From Chrysomallon squamiferum (taxonomy: Eukaryota > Animalia > Mollusca), in assembly GCA_012295275.1 (NCBI GenBank), contig CM022668.1, forward strand, positions 16,058,001 through 16,122,000: a stretch of DNA of 64,000 nt, read 5' to 3'. The notes under the pieces are model-generated. The model was not told where the DNA came from. It ran no database searches and saw only the letters and a program-made list of their open reading frames with translations. The first letter of the stretch is position 1; the number at the start of each line of letters is the position of its first letter. Both the position numbers and the translations under genes were made by a program. Shown here one piece after another: positions 56,694 to 64,000 of the stretch.

Positions 56694-57178
56694 TTTTGTT
56701 TTGTTTTCAGGGGACTAGAGTTTATTCTGGAGTTTCTACGAGAGTTTTGTTTTGTTTTCAGGGGACTAGAGTTTATTCTGGAGTTTCTACGAGAGTTTTG
56801 TTTTGTTTTGTTTTCAGGGGACTTGAGTTTATTCTGGAGTTTCTACGAGAGTTTTGTTTTGTTTTCAGGGGACTAGAGTTTATTCTGGAGTTTCTACGAG
56901 AGTTTTGTTTTGTTTTCAGGGGACTAGAGTTTATTCTGGAGTTTCTACGAGAGTTTTGTTCTGTTTTCAGGGGACTAGAGTTTCTATGAGAGTTTTGTTT
57001 TGTTTTCAGGGGACTAGAGTTTATTCTGGAGTTTCTACGAGAGTTTTGTTCTGTTTTCAGGGGACTAGAGTTTATTCTGGAGTTTCAACAAGAGTTTTTT
57101 CTGTTTTCATTTATTCATACTCAGTTTCTCTACAGACATAACTTGTTTTGTTTTCAGGGGACTAGAGTTTATTCTGGA
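56694..57178 (+). repeat. 51-bp tandem repeat (9 copies) made of the PLEKHA8 exon 11 acceptor plus its first ~11 codons
   Basis: Unit ttttgttttgttttcag|GGGACTAGAGTTTATTCTGGAGTTTCTACGAGAG. Exon-start copies at 56711, 56762, 56818, 56869, 56920, 56971, 57010, 57061 and 57158. Confidence 0.95.
56711..56744 (+). CDS. PLEKHA8: PLEKHA8 exon 11, 5' fragment only (first copy shown; the functional copy cannot be identified)
   Basis: A phase-2 start gives (R)GLEFILEFLRE, continuing the WLKRGLxF motif. The expected continuation (AY..TL..HGW.VRGVF) is not found before the last exon. Confidence 0.7.
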
Positions 57179-57375
57179 TCACTTCTCCTCAGTTTTGTTT
57201 GAGATATTTTCTCTACTAATGTAATATCTTGTTTCTGGTTTATTAAGTACAAGATGTATTGTATATGGGTAGGCGTGTATAAAATGCTTACTTACAACAC
57301 TAAAAGTTATAGTGTATTTGTTTTTACATACCATTATACAAAATGTTCTTCCATATTATATGCTTAATATTTTTG

Positions 57376-57572
57376 ACGACATCTTTAATATAATTTTTAT
57401 TTGGACATACGTGGCAAATCTTTCATGTCTTTAATAATATATATAAAAGATTTTTGTCTTTGACATCTTTAATATAATTTATATTTTGACATAACAAATC
57501 TTTCATGTCTTTAATTATATATAAAAGATTTTTGAGTTTGACATCTTTAATATAATTTGCATTTGGACACAT
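57376..57572. repeat. Imperfect ~80-bp tandem repeat (~2.5 copies)
   Basis: GACATCTTTAATATAATTT at ~57378, 57462 and 57540. Confidence 0.8.
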
Positions 57573-57574
57573 GT

Positions 57575-57808
57575 AACAATTTTTTCGTATCTTTCTGTTA
57601 AAAAATAAAAATTAATTTTGTGTTTTCAGGTGACAATTCTTTTGTATCTTTCTGTTAAAAAATAAAAATTAATTTTGTGTTTTCAGGTGATAATTCTTTT
57701 GTATCTTTCTGTTAAAAAATAATATAAAAATTAATTTTGTGTTTACAGGTGACAATTCTTTCGTATCTTTCTGTTAAAAAATAAAAATTAATTTTGTGTT
57801 TTCAGGTG
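57575..57808 (+). repeat. 57-bp tandem repeat (4 copies) containing the last-exon acceptor CAG|GTG
   Basis: AATTAATTTTGTGTTT(T/A)CAG|GTG with the first base after AG at 57630, 57687, 57749 and 57806. Confidence 0.93.
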
Positions 57809-58004
57809 GCTGTGAAAGGCTCTTCCATATCGTGAGTCGTTCGTGTCCCATCTTGCAGTGGGTGAGTGTGACTCGCAGAGTGTCGTGTTCCACCACTCCC
57901 TGATGGAGGACATTGAAAACTTCACTCGTTCCCTTAGCAACGTCGTTCAGATCATAACAAACTTTTACACCCTTCACGACCTTGACTCACAGGAGCAGAT
58001 TTGA
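57806..58004 (+). CDS. PLEKHA8: PLEKHA8 last coding exon (GLTP C-terminus), with an apparent 1-nt insertion near 57815-57819
   Basis: VAVK [extra base] ALPYRESFVSHLAVGECDSQSVVFHHSLMEDIENFTRSLSNVVQIITNFYTLHDLDSQEQI*. This resembles the FAPP2 C-terminus (..LYxxHxLxSxExx*). Confidence 0.87.
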
Positions 58005-58055
58005 CAGACAATATCTCTCAGGTTGTCACACCCAACCCACACCCAACCCACACAA

Positions 58056-58092
<37 letters not shown>

Positions 58093-59200
58093 CTATATAA
58101 AACTATATATATATATATATATATATAGCTGTATTACATTCCAGATAAAAAAAACAATGTGGTTGTATTAAATAAATTATTTACCTCAGTTCAGATACAG
58201 TAAAATACTTCATTTTCATGGATGGTTTATTTAGTAAGACTTTTAAAACTGTATTAAATATAAACTATCTACCAAAAATAATAAGTTATTTTTTATAGGG
58301 TTGTAGTGTTAACATAACTGTACTAAGCAAAACATAAAATGAGGTGTTTAAAATTTTTTTATTTTCATGGAGTTTAACATAACTGTCTTTAGTAAAATTA
58401 ACAAAATAACTAGTTAACGTAAATTGTTTTGAAGCGCACCTAGTTTTCAAATTTTATTTAGCAAGAGTTTTAACAAAAAGTCGCTAAAAGATTTTCGATG
58501 TTACATTATCAGTTCTTTTTCAACAGTATGAGTTAGTCAAGTGTCAGATAAACACATTTTATTTACTACAGATTGTGCAATAATAATAATAAGAAGAAAT
58601 ATCAAAATCCATTACATGTGTAATGTGTGAAAAGAAAAATCTGCGAGTTTTCTTACTGCACTGCTTAGCGAAGAATCGGCAGACCATGAAAATAAAAGTA
58701 TTTTACAATTAACCCAAAGACTGTTTTAACAGAGAAACAAATTCTACTTAAATCTGCGTGTTATCTTTTGTTAAGAAATTTTATTGTAGTATGTTTATTG
58801 TTATACACATGTGTGTAAGATGAAGTGATGGAACAAATGCTTGGTGACTGTCATTGTATTGTTTATAATGTTAGAGTGGCAATGGTGGATCAATGGGGAT
58901 TGATTTTAAATTGTTTATTTAAGTTTAATACAGACTGAAAATGATGAACAGTCTTTATGGGGAACATTTTATGCTGTTAATTAAAGTGTAATATAGAGTA
59001 AAAATGGTCGAAAAAATAAAAGGATATTTATTCTAAATTGTTTATTTAAGTAAAATACAGAGTAAAAAAAAATGGAAAAAAACAAATGCTAGGAGATTTG
59101 TTTTAAAATTATTTATTTAAGTGTAATATACAGTAAAAATGAATTTAAACAGTTTATTTAAATAAGATATTAGGTCAAAATGATGTTAAAATGAATAGAG

Positions 59201-59390
59201 ATTGATATTGAATTGTCTAAGGATACAACAGGACATATTACATATTTAATTGATTTTGAGTTGTCTAAGGATACAACAGGACATTACATATTTAATTGAT
59301 TTTGAGTTGTCTAAGGATACAACAGGATATATTACATATTTAATTGATTTTGAGTTGTCTAAGGATACAACAGGATATATTAAATATTTA
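59201..59390. repeat. 46-48-bp tandem repeat (~4 copies)
   Basis: ATTGATTTTGAGTTGTCTAAGGATACAACAGGA(C/T)ATATTACATATTTA repeated. Confidence 0.9.
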
Positions 59391-59545
59391 ACTCATCAGG
59401 GTTGCTCTGGGTGTGTCAGACACAAGCAAAGTTTTTCTTTAAGTGTCTTACTGAAAGAATTATGTGATGATGATCCAAATACTTTAATAATAATAAATGT
59501 TCTATGATATTGCTTATTTTTAGTTTTGAAGAAATAACCCATTAA

Positions 59546-59576
<31 letters not shown>

Positions 59577-59631
59577 GTTGTAACTAGTAGTAATAATAAT
59601 AATAATAGTAGTAGTAGTAGTAGTAGTATAA

Positions 59632-59670
<39 letters not shown>

Positions 59671-59717
59671 GTAGTAGTAATAGTAGTAATAATAGTAGTA
59701 GTAGTAGTAGTAATAAC

Positions 59718-59772
<55 letters not shown>

Positions 59773-62700
59773 ATAATTAATAAATGAATAAATTAAAATA
59801 CTAATAAAATTAGTGCAAGCCCTGAATAGTTAAGTATAATATTGCAGTAAAAATGATGGAAATATGATTTTAACTTGTTTAATTTATGTAAAACAGCAAG
59901 AAACATAAACACTGTATTTATAACACATATAAATTAGAAGCAAAAATTATGTGAACTTGAATCTCTCTAAAGTTGTTAGTTTTTATCCCAGAGATATAAA
60001 ATTCTGCATTTAACTAAAATAACTGACCATTTAATAATACAAAGTGCAATAAAATGTCTATAATTAACCATAGTCTTATTTTTACCCGTAATATGACGTT
60101 AGTGTCATTAAGCATTTCTAAGTGCTTGAAAGATAAATTTAGTTTGACAAAGAAGAGTTGTTTTACAATATTTTAATGGTTGTTAAAGCATTGTTATATG
60201 TGAGTGTACATATTGTTGTTACTTACATGTGTAATTATTGCAATAAATATGATTGTTTTTCCATGTCAAACAGGTTATAATTCACCAAAATTGAGGAATC
60301 AAATTAATACGCAAAAATATATATATATGTGAAATAAAATATTTTGTACCATGAATAAAATATGCCATAAATATATCCTCAATATGCTAACCAAACAACG
60401 AATTTTGATAATTTATATTAACCTGTTTACACTATTTGAGAAAAAGTATAAAATTATTGTAAACTGATATAGCTAAAAACTCCAGTTTAGCTAAAATAGT
60501 TTTGAATGAAAGATGGAAAAATATTCATTTATCATTGTACATACATAAGCACAATTATCAATAGGAACAAGACAATATAAAAATACTCTAAAAATCAGTA
60601 GTTTTTGCTAATGAGTTTTGTTTCAGTGCTAACAGATAACCATAAGCTAAAAAGATTTCCCTTGTATAAATAATTTGTTATTGTTGATTAATTAAGAAAA
60701 GATTAATAAAAATAAAAAATAAAAAATGGTAAAAATCTCACTTATTGTAATGGAAACTGGGCAGGAGGTTGCATTTGTCACCAGTCATTCCAACCATTTT
60801 AGAGAAATTGTAGTGCAAGTAGATGATATCTCACAGTCATACTGACCAATGAAGACAAGACATAATACATAGAGATTCTACTGTGAACTCTGAAATGGTC
60901 ACTATAGAAACGGGAGAGATGAAGGTCATTAAGTATATTTAAAAGTTAAAATGTCATTTGTTTATCTATAATTGTATATGACAAGGTCATGAAAATTCAT
61001 TATGAAAATATACAATGAAGCTTAAATGTGTGTTATTTTTAGCCTCAAATTTTATATATATAAACATTTAATAAAACCAAAACTATTCAGGCATAATCTA
61101 CATTATATGTATATAGGAGTTTTTTGTGGGGTTTTTTTGTAAAATTTATTCTGGTCAGTTTAGTTTTGTTATTTGTTAATGTTATTTGATTCTTTTTATA
61201 TTTTTACTGCTGCATTCCGAAATATAAAAAAGAAAGAAAAATCTATTATATACATATATATATATATATATACATGTATGTATGTATTTTAACAATAAAA
61301 TATTGATCTTTCATTTTATCTTTTCCTTAATGTAGAAATATTTTATCACTTGACAGATTATTATTATTATTAATATTTTTTAACTTAGAGTGAAATTAAT
61401 TCAAAAAGTAATTTATGTGAATGTACTGAGTAATAAGTGTCTGTGTCTGTCTGAGTTTGTGGCTGGTTGATTGTTTGTATGTGTGTGAAGAAATATAATT
61501 TATCTTGTGTGTATATATATATATATATATATATGTATGCAGTATGGTACAGCATGTCTATGTGCAATTTATTTTATTTAATGTTAAAGATGTAAGTATT
61601 CGTTTGTAAATTTTAAAAATAATTTCTTAATTTGAAAATACTTGTCTCATCTGATGAAACAAAAAATTTAGGGAAACATAAACATGGTCTGTTATCTCAT
61701 TCATCCTTTTTCTTTCCAGTATTTCTTGCTTGTTTTCATTTTTTTCTTATTCTTTCTTTGTTGTTGATATAATTTTTTTTTTATTTATTATAGTTATTAT
61801 ATTTATTTTATTTAATTTTTTTTTATTTTACTATAAAGAAAAACATTTTAATATTTCTAGTTATCTGTTATAAAGGTAATTCTGTGTTTGTTTTTATAGT
61901 TTATTTTTTTAATTTTTTTAAAAAATGTTCTACTATGAGACCAAAGATAAACAAATCTGTCTAAAAAACATTTTAGATTCATTTTATTTTATTTTATTTT
62001 CCAGCAGTTTATGGTGTATTTTTTTCAACAGTTTTCAGTGATCTGCTACTCTTTGTTTCCATTAGCTCTGAAATGTTCAAATTTAATTATTAAATATTAC
62101 AGGTTGAGAATTATTTTTATCCAATAAAAGCTAGAAATGGTTTAGATTTCCTAATTTTTCAGATTTTGGAATTTAAGGAAATAGCCTTTGAAAAGTGAGG
62201 AATATAACTGAGAATAGGATACAAGTCTGTTCACTAATTCCGTTTGTATTTCATATACAGTTTATAGTCGACAGGATTTCTTTATATATTATATTTGTTA
62301 TAATTTTTTGTATGCAAAATAAACCAAAGTGTTTACAATATGAAATATTTCTGCTGCTCAGAAACAAGTTTCAGATTTGTGACCTTTTTGGATGTTGAAA
62401 TTTTTGATAAAAGATTCTCAACATGCAGTAGAAAGAATGTCAGAAATGTGTCACAATCTTCATCTTCCAGTGCCAAGTACCAGCTTTAAATCACTTCGTA
62501 TCTCACTGATACACTTGTGTTGTCGAAGCATATGTTTTGTATTGTTTCAATGCTTAAACATAAATAAATAAATAAATAAATAAATACATTTTATTATTAA
62601 ATTAATTAATTATTCAGAATACAAAAACAAAATTGGGCACATATTAGAAATTAACCTTTGGTGGTATTAACATATCTTTATATATCCAAGACATATGGTT

Positions 62701-63017
62701 TGTCTCTTTATCTCGTTGCTAAGTGATAACAAACATTATTATGATACAAGGGAACTCTTAATATAAAATAACTTATGTTTACACTGAAAACAGACAAGTT
62801 TTTGATGTTTGTTTATAGAGTTATGTCTGTGTTCTGATGGCAGAGACAACAAACAAGAGATCTTATTGGTCTAAACCTGTGTTGATTTAAAATTGAGTCT
62901 CTTATCAACATCTAGTGAAGAGAAATATTCAAGATATTTGCATGACTGGATTAACTTTGTAGTCTCATCTTTAGTTATGTAGAGGTGAAGAAAAATTTCT
63001 GTTGATGAAATCCAGAA

Positions 63018-63195
63018 AGGGTTTGGGGTTAGGGTCAAGGGTCAAAGGTTAGGGGTTAGAACTAGCCTTGGGGTTGGGGTTGGAGTTAGGGGCAGGGGTC
63101 AAGGTATAGAGGTTAGGGTTGGGATTAGGATTACAGGTAAGGGTTAGGGTTAAGGTCAAGGTTAGAGTTAAGGTCAGAGTTTGGTTAGGGTAAGA
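63018..63195 (+). repeat. Degenerate (TTAGGG)n-like interstitial repeat
   Basis: About 29 hexamer-like units, GGTTAG/GGTTGG/GGTCAA, including several exact TTAGGG. Confidence 0.75.
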
Positions 63196-63809
63196 TTTAA
63201 TTTCTGATTTATTTTAAAAGAGATTTAATAGTTTGGAATTCTGATTTTTCAGAATTTGAGCTGTTGCAACCATGACTGAAATTCATGATGATATAAAAAT
63301 AGTATAATTACTTCTTTATTCCATCTTTATTCAGTACTAATATTTTGTTTCTTAAAAACCACGTTTGTATTATTGTTGTTAATAGTTGGGAAATATTCTT
63401 GTTAATATCTGTTATTGTTGAGTTATTCATTACATGACAAATTAATCATGTACATATCAAATGTTTTAAATAGTTTAATTTGTGCGTGTGTTCAATATTT
63501 TAATGTATATGTGTTTGTATGTATAGACATACATGTGTTATATGTGAAAAAGAATTTATATTTAATTCATTGCCATTATTAATTAGAACAGAATATACAA
63601 CATATTTGTTGTGAGCTAATTTAACCTACATTGTTATGTTTAGATGAGAGAAATATTTTTAATGAAGTTTTAAAAAAGTGTTGGACAAATAAGTATTTTA
63701 CAAACAGGACTAGTATTTGGTAATCAGAGAAAACAAAGCTATACAGTATGAATGATATTCTGTTTTTATTAATATTGTTATTGTTGTTGTTATTATTATT
63801 ATTATTACA

Positions 63810-63860
<51 letters not shown>

Positions 63861-63924
63861 ACAAAAGGTAAGTGTACCTATGTCAATATTTTGTGAAAAA
63901 AAAAAAAAAAAAAAAAAAATAAAA

Positions 63925-63962
<38 letters not shown>

Positions 63963-64000
63963 ACAATGACAATAAACCTAATTAAGAAATAATAAAATGG

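Noticed and set aside
57255-57310. Loose resemblance to the missing PLEKHA8 segment (TGGGTAGGCGTGTAT ~ W-V..R..V; AATGCTTAC = NAY)
   Set aside because: The pieces are in the wrong order, with no continuous frame, no HGW and no flanking splice sites. This is chance or garbled consensus.
50782-58004. Calling PLEKHA8 a pseudogene
   Set aside because: Ten exons are intact, phase-consistent and keep the key motifs. Both defects lie in or next to repeats or homopolymers where assembly errors are common.

Overview
AT-rich, microsatellite-dense, spliced eukaryotic DNA. It is probably an invertebrate, most likely a mollusc (inferred from MetaSINE-like relics, the peptide-receptor type and the repeat landscape). 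Almost all ORFs in the supplied track are microsatellite artefacts; the real genes had to be built from splice sites. (1) Minus strand: the first three coding exons (6183-6377, 5018-5156, 2742-2845) of a rhodopsin-class neuropeptide GPCR of the CCAP/neuropeptide-S receptor type. The gene runs off the left edge, and a candidate promoter/first non-coding exon lies near 34.6-34.95 kb. (2) Plus strand: a PLEKHA8/FAPP2 orthologue (PH + GLTP domain), 50782-58004. Ten phase-consistent exons are followed by a damaged 3' part: one exon is replaced by nine tandem copies of its own acceptor and first codons with the rest missing, and the last exon has a 1-nt frameshift. Mobile DNA: a Tigger/pogo transposase relic, an intact 340-bp TA-flanked MITE, a LINE 3' end and several SINE fragments. 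The most striking pattern is that at least three minisatellites are built exactly on exon-intron junctions. They produce ~60 duplicated donor positions with a latent 9-nt microexon in the GPCR, 9 duplicated acceptors, and 4 duplicated CAG|GTG sites in PLEKHA8.
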